Shown in pieces: positions 39,705 to 48,716 of a DNA stretch of 64,000 nt; position 1 is the first letter of the stretch; each line of letters starts with the position of its first letter. Location: contig CALHYX010000042.1 of NCBI GenBank assembly GCA_938041035.1, positions 2,731-66,730 on the forward strand, read 5' to 3'. Both the position numbers and the translations under genes were made by a program. The DNA is from an uncultured Acidimicrobiales bacterium. Lineage in GTDB: Bacteria; Actinomycetota; Acidimicrobiia; Acidimicrobiales; SHLQ01. The notes beneath the pieces are model-generated. The model did no database searches. It was not told where the DNA came from and saw nothing but the letters and a program-made list of their open reading frames with translations.

Positions 39705-40736
39705 TTAGAAGACCACCTTCAGTACGCCGGTGACGACGATGTTCACGAGCGAGAGAGGGATGAGGTACTTCCACGCCAGCTCCTGGAGCTGATCCTCACG
39801 GAAGCGGGGGTAGGTAAAGCGGAACCAGAAGATGAGGAACGTCACCAGCATCATCTTGGCGAAGAGCACGATCGGCCCAAGTACGTTGAACAGGTTCGAG
39901 TCGGCGTCGAGGCCGGGGATGTACCAGCCGCCGAGGAACAAGGTGGCGGCCAGGGCGGCGAACACGCCGGCGGTGGCGAACTCGCCGATGAAGAACAACA
40001 GGAATCGCAGACCGGAGTACTCGGTCATGTAGCCGGTGACGAGCTCGGACTCGGCGACCGGCATGTCGAACGGCGGCTGGGTGAGCTCGGCCTGGATGGC
40101 GATGAGGAAGATCGAGAAGCCGAGGAACTGGGTGAGGATGTACGGGTTGCCGATTCCGCCGAACCCGAAGATCTCGCCGTTGGCCTGGGCGAGCACGATC
40201 TCCTGCAGGTTCAGCGTGCCGGCCTGCACGACCACGCCCATGACCGCGAGCACCATGGGAAGTTCGTAGGCGATGAGCTGACCGGCGGCGCGCAGGCCGC
40301 CGAGCAGCGAGTACTTGTTGGCCGAGGCCCAACCGGCCATGAGGATGCCGATAACCGACACCGACGACACGGCGAGGGCGAAGTAGATACCGGTGTCGAT
40401 GTCGATGAACCAGGCGTCGGGCCCAAAGGGCAACACGATGACGAGCAGGAACGTCGAGACCAGCACCACGAACGGGGCGGCGAAGAAGACGTAGCGGTCG
40501 GCGCGAGCCGGGACGATGTCCTCTTTCTGGAGGAACTTGCCCACCTCGGCCAGGAGCTGGAGCGAACCGAACGGACCGGCCTCGTTGGGGCCGAGACGGC
40601 TCTGCATGAAGCTCATCATTTTGAACAGGTACACGTAGACGAGCGTGCCGGCGGGTAACAAGATGGCGACGAGCGCGCCGACCAGCTTGATGCCGGTCGA
40701 CTGCCAGTAGGGAAGCTCCGCGAGGACGAGACTCAT
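39705..40736 (-). CDS. nuoH: NADH-quinone oxidoreductase subunit H (operon 1)
   Basis: QSRLGPN, PFDMPVAESELVTGYMTEYSG and PRFRED motifs; ATGA overlap with nuoD. Confidence 0.95.
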   Translation of the reverse strand: MSLVLAELPYWQSTGIKLVGALVAILLPAGTLVYVYLFKMMSFMQSRLGPNEAGPFGSLQLLAEVGKFLQKEDIVPARADRYVFFAAPFVVLVSTFLLVIVLPFGPDAWFIDIDTGIYFALAVSSVSVIGILMAGWASANKYSLLGGLRAAGQLIAYELPMVLAVMGVVVQAGTLNLQEIVLAQANGEIFGFGGIGNPYILTQFLGFSIFLIAIQAELTQPPFDMPVAESELVTGYMTEYSGLRFLLFFIGEFATAGVFAALAATLFLGGWYIPGLDADSNLFNVLGPIVLFAKMMLVTFLIFWFRFTYPRFREDQLQELAWKYLIPLSLVNIVVTGVLKVVF

Positions 40737-41908
40737 CGATCGATGTCTCCGAGGATGAAGTACAGGCTGGCCAAGATGGTGATGATGTCGGGCACGTAAA
40801 CGCCCTTCAGCAGCCAGGGCGTGATGCAGACGTTGTTGAACGATGCCGAACGAATTTTCACCCGGTACGGCACGAGGTCGCCCTGCGACACGATGTAGTA
40901 CCCCATCACGCCCAGCGGGTTCTCGCACTCGACGTAGGCCTCGCCGGCCGGCACCTTGATGATGCGCGGCACCTTGGCCATCACGGGACCCGACGGCATC
41001 GAGTCCAGCAGCTGGTCAACGATCTTGGTGCCCTCCCGGGTCTCCTGGAGGCGCACCCAGAACCGGGCGAAGCTGTCGCCGTCGGGGTGGGTCCAGACCT
41101 TCCAGTCGATCTCGTCGTAGGCGAAGCCTTCGGGCTGATCGCGGCGCAGGTCCCAGTCGACCCCGCTGCCGCGAATGTTCACGCCCGACAGCCCGTAGGA
41201 CAGGCCGACGTCGGCGGGGATGATGCCGATACCACGGGTGCGCAGCTCGAAAATCTCGTTGCCCATCACCAGCTGTTCGAGCTCGTCACAGAAGCTGCGG
41301 ATGCGGGCCATGGCGTCGTGGGTGCCGGCGATCCAGCCGGCGGGAATATCGTCTTTGAGCCCACCGATGCGGTCGAAGTTCGGGTGGAACCGACCGCCGG
41401 TGGCCGCTTCGATCTGGTTGAGCACGAACTCGCGGTCGCGGAAGGCGTAGAACGCCGGCGTGGTGGCGCCGAGCTGAAGGGCCATATCGCCGAGGCCGAG
41501 GGCCACGTTGGCCATACGACTCATCTCGAACAGGATCGTGCGAATCCACTTGGCTCGAGGTGGCGCTTCGACCTCCATGAGCTTTTCGGCCGCCAGGATG
41601 AACGGCACCTCGTTGGCGAAGCTACCGACCCAGTCGATGCGGTTGATCAGCGTGGTGACCTGTGGGTACGTGCGCACCTCGGTGAGCTTTTCGTAGCCCC
41701 GGTGCATGTAGCCCATGACCGGCTCGGCGAGCACGACCTGTTCGCCGTCGAGTTTGGCGAGCAGACGGAGCGTGCCGTGGGTGGCCGGGTGCTGGGGGCC
41801 CATGTTGAGGGTCATGCCCTCGGTTTCGATCTCGAGGTTGACCCGCGAATCGGCGGCCTGGGCCGCGATGTAGGCGAGTTGCTGGCGTTCGCTGAGCGTG
41901 TCGGCCAT
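40733..41908 (-). CDS. nuoD: NADH-quinone oxidoreductase subunit D (operon 1)
   Basis: GPQHPATHGTLR, GYMHRGYEK and GDIDR motifs. Confidence 0.96.
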   Translation of the reverse strand: MADTLSERQQLAYIAAQAADSRVNLEIETEGMTLNMGPQHPATHGTLRLLAKLDGEQVVLAEPVMGYMHRGYEKLTEVRTYPQVTTLINRIDWVGSFANEVPFILAAEKLMEVEAPPRAKWIRTILFEMSRMANVALGLGDMALQLGATTPAFYAFRDREFVLNQIEAATGGRFHPNFDRIGGLKDDIPAGWIAGTHDAMARIRSFCDELEQLVMGNEIFELRTRGIGIIPADVGLSYGLSGVNIRGSGVDWDLRRDQPEGFAYDEIDWKVWTHPDGDSFARFWVRLQETREGTKIVDQLLDSMPSGPVMAKVPRIIKVPAGEAYVECENPLGVMGYYIVSQGDLVPYRVKIRSASFNNVCITPWLLKGVYVPDIITILASLYFILGDIDR

Positions 41909-42609
41909 CAGGCGTCCGCCTTTGCTGCGTCGTCGGCTTCATCGGCCTCGTCACCGTCGCCGGGCATACCCTCGACGTCGACGATCCCGGGCCAGGGCTT
42001 CACCTGGCGAGCGAGCAAGGGGAAGTCCTTGCGCAGCGGGTTTCCTTCGAAACCGGTCGGCAGGTAGATGTTGCGCAGGTCGGGGTGACCCACGAAGTGA
42101 ATGCCGAACATCTCGCGCACCTCGCGCTCGTGCCAGTTGGCGCCCGGGTAGGTGTCGATCCAAGTGTCGGCCGCGAGGTCGTCGTCGGGGATGTCGGTCT
42201 TGACCGTGACCGCCCAACCGTCGGCGATGTTGTTCACGCGGGCAAAGAGTTGGAAGCGGGTGTCGGCGCCGGCCAGCCCGGAGCCCTGCTCGAGCGGATC
42301 GCTTTCATCAGCGCCGTGCACGATCGTGTCGACCTGGGAATCCATGTCGCGTCCGAACGGCGATGGCATCCAGTCGATGGCCGACAAGAAGCTGAAGTAC
42401 CGGCAGTGCATTCCCGAGTGCAGCCACTCCGCGGTGCGAGCCCAGGCGTCGCGCGCCACCCGCACCCAGATGTCGTCACCGGGTTGAATGTGGGAGCCGA
42501 TCACGGCGTCGCCCAGCTCTTCGCCAAACTGCGCGAGGAGTTCTTCGCGCTGTTCGTCGGTCTCGACGACCTCGACCTCTTCGCCCTCGGCGGGCGTCTC
42601 GTCAGCCAT
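41908..42609 (-). CDS. nuoC: NADH-quinone oxidoreductase subunit C (operon 1)
   Basis: [18 protein letters not shown] and GNPLRKDFP motifs. Confidence 0.94.
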   Translation of the reverse strand: MADETPAEGEEVEVVETDEQREELLAQFGEELGDAVIGSHIQPGDDIWVRVARDAWARTAEWLHSGMHCRYFSFLSAIDWMPSPFGRDMDSQVDTIVHGADESDPLEQGSGLAGADTRFQLFARVNNIADGWAVTVKTDIPDDDLAADTWIDTYPGANWHEREVREMFGIHFVGHPDLRNIYLPTGFEGNPLRKDFPLLARQVKPWPGIVDVEGMPGDGDEADEADDAAKADA

Positions 42610-43112
42610 CAGCCGTCAACCACGATTGGTTCGGTGCGCCAGCGTTCGGCCGGGTCTTCGTGCCGAATGCGTTCCTGGAGCAACACGATGCCCTCGAGCA
42701 GCGCTTCGGGCCGTGGCGGGCAGCCGGGTACGTACACATCGACGGGGATGATCTGGTCGACACCTTTGGTCACCGAGTAGCTGTCCCAGTACGGGCCGCC
42801 GCAGTTGGCGCACGAACCCATGGAGATCACGTACTTCGGGTCGGGCATCTGTTCGTAGAGCCGCTTGACCGCCGGCGCCATCTTGTCGGTGACGGTCCCC
42901 GAGATCACCACCATGTCGGCCTGGCGCGGACTGGCGGGAAACGGAATCACGCCGAGGCGCATCACGTCGTAGCGCGGCGAGGCAAAGGCGGCGCCCATCT
43001 CGATCGCGCAGCAGGCGAGACCCCATTGGTACACCCACAGCGAATACTTGCGGCTGATGTTCAGCAGCGTGGTGATCGGTTTGGGGAGCTTTCCGCTCTC
43101 GACGAGACCCAT
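42609..43112 (-). CDS. nuoB: NADH-quinone oxidoreductase subunit B (operon 1)
   Basis: [15 protein letters not shown] and [10 protein letters not shown] motifs. Confidence 0.96.
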   Translation of the reverse strand: MGLVESGKLPKPITTLLNISRKYSLWVYQWGLACCAIEMGAAFASPRYDVMRLGVIPFPASPRQADMVVISGTVTDKMAPAVKRLYEQMPDPKYVISMGSCANCGGPYWDSYSVTKGVDQIIPVDVYVPGCPPRPEALLEGIVLLQERIRHEDPAERWRTEPIVVDG

Positions 43113-43119
43113 CAGTTCC

Positions 43120-43485
43120 TCAGATCCACTTCAGGACACCCTTGCGCCAGGCGTAGGCAAGCCCGAGCACGAGGATGAAGATGAAGATGGCCATTTCGAT
43201 CAGTCCGAAGACGCCGTAGGCCTCGAGTCGGACTGCCCACGGGAAGATGAAGACGGCTTCGACGTCGAACAGCACGAAGAGCAGGGCAAAGACGTAGTAC
43301 CGAATGTTGCTCTGGCTCCACATGTCGCCGGTGGCGTCGACCCCGGACTCGTACGTGGTGAGCTTCTCTTCGGTGGGTTTGGAGGGCCGCAGCAGCGAGC
43401 CGGCGCCCAGCAAAACGCCGACGAGCAGCACGCCGAGGCCGCCGAAAATGGCGACCGTGAGGTAGCTGCGCAGGAGTTCAGACAC
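43120..43485 (-). CDS. nuoA: NADH-quinone oxidoreductase subunit A (operon 1)
   Basis: [16 protein letters not shown] and WRKGVLKW motifs. Confidence 0.95.
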   Translation of the reverse strand: MSELLRSYLTVAIFGGLGVLLVGVLLGAGSLLRPSKPTEEKLTTYESGVDATGDMWSQSNIRYYVFALLFVLFDVEAVFIFPWAVRLEAYGVFGLIEMAIFIFILVLGLAYAWRKGVLKWI

Positions 43486-43822
43486 GAGGGCGGAGCCTAT
43501 CCAGGGGTGTAGTAAGTCGCCAATACGACAATGACCGACAGTGCAGCGAAAAATCTAGCGTTTTCGCACCCCGGTTTGGACCATCCCGGACGGTCCGCCG
43601 AAGCCAACCCAACGGTAGGTTCGCGAACGGCACAGCGACCAACCCGGCCGCCAGAGATTTTCGCCGTCGGCGAGCAGCCGGTTTCGGCGCTTCGTCGGAC
43701 CCGTCTGGGCCGAAAACGGTGCGAGCCGATCCGGTTGTGGCCGGATCGGCTCGCAGTTCCTTCGGTTACTCAGCTGGGTTCGGCAACACCGTCGCCAAAC
43801 GTGCCGCTACAAGCGACCGCTA

Positions 43823-44755
43823 TCAGTCCTCGCGGCGTCCGGCTTCTCGGCGCAGTCCCCATCCCAGGGCGAGAAGGCCGAGGCCGGCGGCGCCGATGAG
43901 ATCGGTTTCAGCACCGGTGCGGGCGAGTACCTGGTTATCGGCGTCCTGAACCGCACCGGCGACCGAGACCGGTGGCTGGGGCGCCACCTTCGGCGCCGGC
44001 GGCTGCGGAGCGGGCGGCTGCGGAGCGGGCGGCTGGGGAGCAGGCGGCTGCGGGGCAGGCGCTTCCGTCGTCGCCGGCACGGTGGCCGTCGGCTGGGTCA
44101 CCACGGTGGGCAACACGGTGGCCTGCGGTGCTTCGGTCGTGGCCGGGGCTTCCGTCGTGGCCGGGGGAGCTTCGGTCGTGGCCGGAGCCTCGGTCGTGGC
44201 CGGCGCTTCGGTCGTGGCGGGCGGCTCGGTCACCGGCGGCTCGGTTACCGGCGGCTCGGTTACGGGCGGGGCCTCGGTGAAGCACAGGGTGGCGCTGACC
44301 GGGGTGACGCTGTTCTTCGAACCGTTCGGGTTCACATCGGGACGGTGACGGGCTCGCACCGCCACGGCTCCCTGGGGAAGATTGACCGATCCAAGCGACC
44401 CGCTCCAGTTGCCCACCGCAACCATGTCCGGGAGGTCGCCCGTCGGCGCCGAGGTGGCGATGACCGCACCCGAGGCGCTCAGAAACTGGAGGTCCCAAAT
44501 TTCCGACAGCTGCGTGACGGTGTCCCGGTTGAGGTGAGTATCGGTGGACACCGCGCTGATCGACACGGCTCCTGCGGGGATGTTCACGCCGACACTGTTG
44601 GAGAACTGGCGACCGGGCGACAGCAAGGTCACCCCGCCAAACGACACCGACTGGCACGTCGTGCTCTGGGCGGTAGCCGGCGTTACGGCGGCACCCACCG
44701 CGGCGGCACTCAGGCTGAGCGCTGCGACTATTCGGGTAAAGCGGGAGGTGAACAT
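43823..44755 (-). CDS. Secreted Pro/Thr-rich surface protein with a sortase-type sorting signal (LARTG)
   Basis: Signal peptide ending ATA-Q; beta-rich domain bounded by two Cys; PPVTE/APATTE/PQPPA repeats; LARTG followed by a hydrophobic stretch and basic tail. Confidence 0.8.
   Translation of the reverse strand: MFTSRFTRIVAALSLSAAAVGAAVTPATAQSTTCQSVSFGGVTLLSPGRQFSNSVGVNIPAGAVSISAVSTDTHLNRDTVTQLSEIWDLQFLSASGAVIATSAPTGDLPDMVAVGNWSGSLGSVNLPQGAVAVRARHRPDVNPNGSKNSVTPVSATLCFTEAPPVTEPPVTEPPVTEPPATTEAPATTEAPATTEAPPATTEAPATTEAPQATVLPTVVTQPTATVPATTEAPAPQPPAPQPPAPQPPAPQPPAPKVAPQPPVSVAGAVQDADNQVLARTGAETDLIGAAGLGLLALGWGLRREAGRRED
43996..44270 (-). repeat. Tandem 15/18-bp repeats in the surface-protein stalk
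   Basis: PQPPA x4, A(P)ATTE x4-5 and PPVTE x3. Confidence 0.85.
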
Positions 44756-45121
44756 GGGGTCTCCTTGGCGGCGAGGCGTGCCGGGGTGGGTTGGATCAGG
44801 CTGTGTCACTTGGTTAGCAATGTCACTCGGCGGGTGAAATCACTCGACGTGGGCCGTAGAACCAGATTGGCCACTCAGGGTGGTGAAGGAAATGGGTATT
44901 TCTCCCCATTTTCGCTAAAGATTGGGGAAAGCCCTGCCGATGAGGCGCCCCGAGATCCCGGAAACCCCGCCTTTTGGGGGCCTGGACGGCGCGTCACTCA
45001 AGCCACGGGCACCGCCGACCCGGTTGGGTCTACCCTGGTTACTCGCGGGGCAAACGATATCGATGGTGCCGGAGCGGTCTTGGAGGATCTGGTGAAGGAC
45101 GCAACGAGCAGGACCGGAGTC

Positions 45122-48100
45122 ATGCGCCGACACCGGCTACGCCTGTTGGTCGGCGCCTGCCTCGCGTTGCTGGTGACGCTCGGCGCCTGTTCGAGCGGCG
45201 ACGACGCGACCGGCCCGACGACCTCGGCCCCGGTGCCGGCCACCGTGCCGGCCACCGCCGCCATCGATTCCGAACCCGTCGATTCCGCGCCGGTCACCTC
45301 CGACCCAGCCCAGGTCGCCGGCGCAACCGAGACCCGCCCCGATGCCGACGACACCGACAGCGATGCGTCGCCGACCACAACGGGGCCCCCCGACCCGGAC
45401 GCCGATTCGTCCACGACGACGGCGAGCGACGGGAGCCCGACGACCACCGCCGGTCCCACCTCGCCGATCGTGCCGGTCGTGTCGCCTCCTCCGCCGGCCC
45501 CCGCGCCGCCGCCACCACCCTCGCCGCCACCGCCACCGCCGACGCGACTCCCGCTCTCCCTCGTCCCGTCCACCGGATTGATCGAGGACCAGACCGTTGT
45601 CGCCACGAGCACCGGATGGCCCGCCGGCGCAAGCGTCGGCATCAGCCAGTGTCTCGCCGACACGCTGCGGCTCAACGACTGCTCGATCGGCGGAGGCAAT
45701 CTCACCATCGGCACCGTCGGCGCAGACGGGTCGTTCTCGATGTCGATCCGGGTCAACCACTTTCGATTGGGCGCCGACTGTCGGGTGCCCAACCGATGCG
45801 CCATCACCGCAGCGCTGGTCGAAGAGGCGCTGGACGATAACTACACCATGTTCGCCATGGCGCCGATCTCGTTCGATCCCGCCGGGCCACGCATGAACCC
45901 GCAGGCGGCGCTGGCTCCGCAGGCCAACCTGCGCGACGGTGACGACGTCGCGGTCCAGGTGGCCGGACTCTTTCCGCGCGATCGCATCAGTTTCGTACAA
46001 TGCGTCTCCGGCGAGCAGTTCTCGTGCAACGAGATCGATCGTCGCGTGGCGTTCGCCGAACCCGATGGCCTGGCTGCGACCAGCCTGGCGGCGCGCCGGG
46101 TCATCCGCGGCCCCAACGGTCCCGTCGACTGTGCCGTCGCCTCGTGCGAGATCCGGTTCATCTCCGCGTTCCCAACGCTCACGTTCGATCCCATCGCCAT
46201 CACCTTCGACGGCACCGTCGCGGCGCCCCGGGCGCCCAGCCTCATCGTCGATCCGGCCGACGGGCTGATCGATGGTCAGCCCCTCACCATCACGGTCGAC
46301 GACGTATCCAAGGAGTGGGCGCTCGAGTACTGCTGGGACACCAGCGCCTGCCTGCCGGTCGAACGATCAAACCAACCCGGCCAAACCACCGTGCAGGTAA
46401 ACGCGCAGCGGGTGGTATTGGTGCCGGGCCGCGACGGGCTTGTCACCATCGACTGCGCGGCCCAGAACTGCTTCTATCGGGTGCGCGACGCCCAGACCGG
46501 CCACATCGTCGATGCCGCGGTGACCTTCGACGCCACCGACCCGGTCGCCGCACCGGAGCTTTCGGTCAGCCCCACGACGAACCTGACCGACGGGCAACAG
46601 GTTTCGGTCGTCGTCGACAACGTCGCCGGAGCGACCGGCTCGGTGCACCTGTGCAACACCATCGACGCCCGGATCGATCTGTGTGACTTCATCGGCGTCG
46701 ACTTCGACGGCTCGACCGCCGGCGTTGCCCAGGAAGCCACCGTGACCCGCTTCCTCATCTCGACCGGCCGCGGTGGCTTTCTCCGCGAGGTCGACTGCGC
46801 AGCGGCCTCCACCACGTGCGTCTTCCTCCTGCGGGTGAACGGCATCAATGCCGCCTCGGTTCCCGCCGAGTTCGCGACCCAGCCCGCCGCGCCCCCCGGC
46901 CTGGCACTGACCCAGACCAACGACCTCACCGACGGTGCGGCGATCGCGGCCGAAGTCCGGAACTGGCGCCCGTTCCTCAGCCTCCAGCAGTGCCCCGCCG
47001 GCCAGGGCAGCGACGAGTCCAATTGTCGCTGGCTCGGTCCGGTCGTCAAGCCGCTGTTCGGGAGCACTATTCAGATCCCCATCGTGCTCGACCGCTTTCG
47101 CGGTCCCGTCGACTGCGCCATCTCCCCGGCGCGCTGCGAGGTGCGGTTGGTCCGCGGCGGAGAGGTCTTCGCTTCCGTGCCCGTGCACTTCGACCCCGAC
47201 GCCCCGCTGCTGGGGGATCCCACCTTCGCCGTGACCCCGGCCACCAACCTCGTCCATCGTCAGGTGGTCAGCGTCTCGGCCGACAACCTGCGGGGTGACT
47301 ATCAGGGCATCCTCCAGTGCGTGACCGGCGCCGACGCGTGCGCGCAACTCGACTTCGGTGCTCAGACCGGGCTGGGTTCGTTCACCACCGATGTGCAGGT
47401 CCGTCGCCTCCTGAGCCTGGGCGCGACGAGCACGCACGACTGCGCGATCGCCGGGCCGTGCGAACTTCGGCTCTTCGGCGCATCCGGCCACCTGGCGAGC
47501 GCGGCCCTCGGGTTCGACGCGAGCGCACCGCTCCCCACGCCGGCCATCACGGTGAGTCCGATCGAGAACCTGTTGGACGGTCAGAGCGTGACGATCACCG
47601 GGTCAGGATTCAGCGCCGACACGGTCTACGCCGTGCAGTGCAACGGTCCGTCCGCCAACCTTGCGGATCCGTCGACGGGGTGTGCCGGTCCGCCGATCGC
47701 CGTCGCCGTCGACGACACCGGCTCGTTCACGCTCGCCGACTTCACGGTTCGGCGTACGATCGACAGCCAGACCTACGGAACGGTCGATTGCGCCGCCATC
47801 GACGCCAGCTGCTTCATCGGCGTCGGCGCATCGCTGGCCGACGGCGCGGTCAGCGGCCGACTCGGGTTCCTGCTCATCGATGACAGCGAGACGGACGCGG
47901 CGGTCACCGCGGCCGGGCTCACGACCTATCGGCCAACCGTGGCTCCCAAGCCGGCGGAGGTCGAAGCTCCTCCCCCATCCGTTGCCCCGAGCCCCCCGAT
48001 CGCGCCCGCGGTCCTCGACGGGCCCTCGGTGTCGGTCACCCCGAACACCCTCCCCGCCGACCCCACCGCTCCCGCGACACCGCCGGCACCGACCGAACCC

Positions 48101-48142
48101 GGTGACGCCGTCCTCCCCGAACCCCAGCGCATCCCGAGATAG
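45122..48142 (+). CDS. Lipoprotein with seven tandem neocarzinostatin-apoprotein-like domains
   Basis: Lipobox TLGA-C; T/D/P-rich stalk; seven roughly 110-aa units starting (L/I)xVxPxxxLxDGqxV, each with QC/C...DC-x3-6-C, resembling NCS (VTPSSGLSDG...QC...TVRR...VDC...C). Confidence 0.8.
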   Translation: MRRHRLRLLVGACLALLVTLGACSSGDDATGPTTSAPVPATVPATAAIDSEPVDSAPVTSDPAQVAGATETRPDADDTDSDASPTTTGPPDPDADSSTTTASDGSPTTTAGPTSPIVPVVSPPPPAPAPPPPPSPPPPPPTRLPLSLVPSTGLIEDQTVVATSTGWPAGASVGISQCLADTLRLNDCSIGGGNLTIGTVGADGSFSMSIRVNHFRLGADCRVPNRCAITAALVEEALDDNYTMFAMAPISFDPAGPRMNPQAALAPQANLRDGDDVAVQVAGLFPRDRISFVQCVSGEQFSCNEIDRRVAFAEPDGLAATSLAARRVIRGPNGPVDCAVASCEIRFISAFPTLTFDPIAITFDGTVAAPRAPSLIVDPADGLIDGQPLTITVDDVSKEWALEYCWDTSACLPVERSNQPGQTTVQVNAQRVVLVPGRDGLVTIDCAAQNCFYRVRDAQTGHIVDAAVTFDATDPVAAPELSVSPTTNLTDGQQVSVVVDNVAGATGSVHLCNTIDARIDLCDFIGVDFDGSTAGVAQEATVTRFLISTGRGGFLREVDCAAASTTCVFLLRVNGINAASVPAEFATQPAAPPGLALTQTNDLTDGAAIAAEVRNWRPFLSLQQCPAGQGSDESNCRWLGPVVKPLFGSTIQIPIVLDRFRGPVDCAISPARCEVRLVRGGEVFASVPVHFDPDAPLLGDPTFAVTPATNLVHRQVVSVSADNLRGDYQGILQCVTGADACAQLDFGAQTGLGSFTTDVQVRRLLSLGATSTHDCAIAGPCELRLFGASGHLASAALGFDASAPLPTPAITVSPIENLLDGQSVTITGSGFSADTVYAVQCNGPSANLADPSTGCAGPPIAVAVDDTGSFTLADFTVRRTIDSQTYGTVDCAAIDASCFIGVGASLADGAVSGRLGFLLIDDSETDAAVTAAGLTTYRPTVAPKPAEVEAPPPSVAPSPPIAPAVLDGPSVSVTPNTLPADPTAPATPPAPTEPGDAVLPEPQRIPR

Positions 48143-48613
48143 CTATTCGTCGCGGTAGGTGGGGTCCCAAATCACGTTCTTGGTCAGCCACGCCGCGAGT
48201 GCGCACAGGGCCATCCCCGGGATCACCCGTTCGGTCAGCGAGAACAGCTTGTCGTTGAAGCCCGCCGGGTTCGGCAGGTTGAGCAGGTTCACCAGGTTGA
48301 GCACGGCGACGATCGTGAGCAGGATGCTCAACCGATGGGTCCAGACCCGAACGTTCACCGACACCGTGTGGGGCGGCGCGGTCACGATCAGGATGGCCGC
48401 TCCGACCAACGCCAGGCCCAGACTCACGTTGATCTGCGAGGCGAATCGGAAAAACCGAAATCGGACCGGCTCCTGAAACTCGTCGGCGAGGCTGAGGTTC
48501 AACACCTCGAAGAGCCCGGCGACCATCTGCAGCAGGACGACCGACAGCAGCACGAAGATCACGACCTCGCGGGCCTCGTTCCACAGAACGGGCCCGTCGG
48601 ATTCATCGTTCAT
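48143..48613 (-). CDS. Hypothetical membrane protein (about 4 TM)
   Basis: Four hydrophobic segments; GC3-biased codons; fills the gap after nuoN. Confidence 0.7.
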   Translation of the reverse strand: MNDESDGPVLWNEAREVVIFVLLSVVLLQMVAGLFEVLNLSLADEFQEPVRFRFFRFASQINVSLGLALVGAAILIVTAPPHTVSVNVRVWTHRLSILLTIVAVLNLVNLLNLPNPAGFNDKLFSLTERVIPGMALCALAAWLTKNVIWDPTYRDE

Positions 48614-48716
48614 TGATCGCGTCGCCGTTGGTCGCTATCCACCGGTACCAGCGTGACAGGCCACAGCCCGCGCCCACAATCCCGCCGTTTCTCCGCCTGG
48701 CGTTCGTTTCCCTGTT

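Noticed and set aside
44345-45121. N-terminal 259 aa of the 1265-aa ORF
   Set aside because: Overlaps the opposite-strand gene and the promoter region. The lipoprotein signal begins at ATG 45122.
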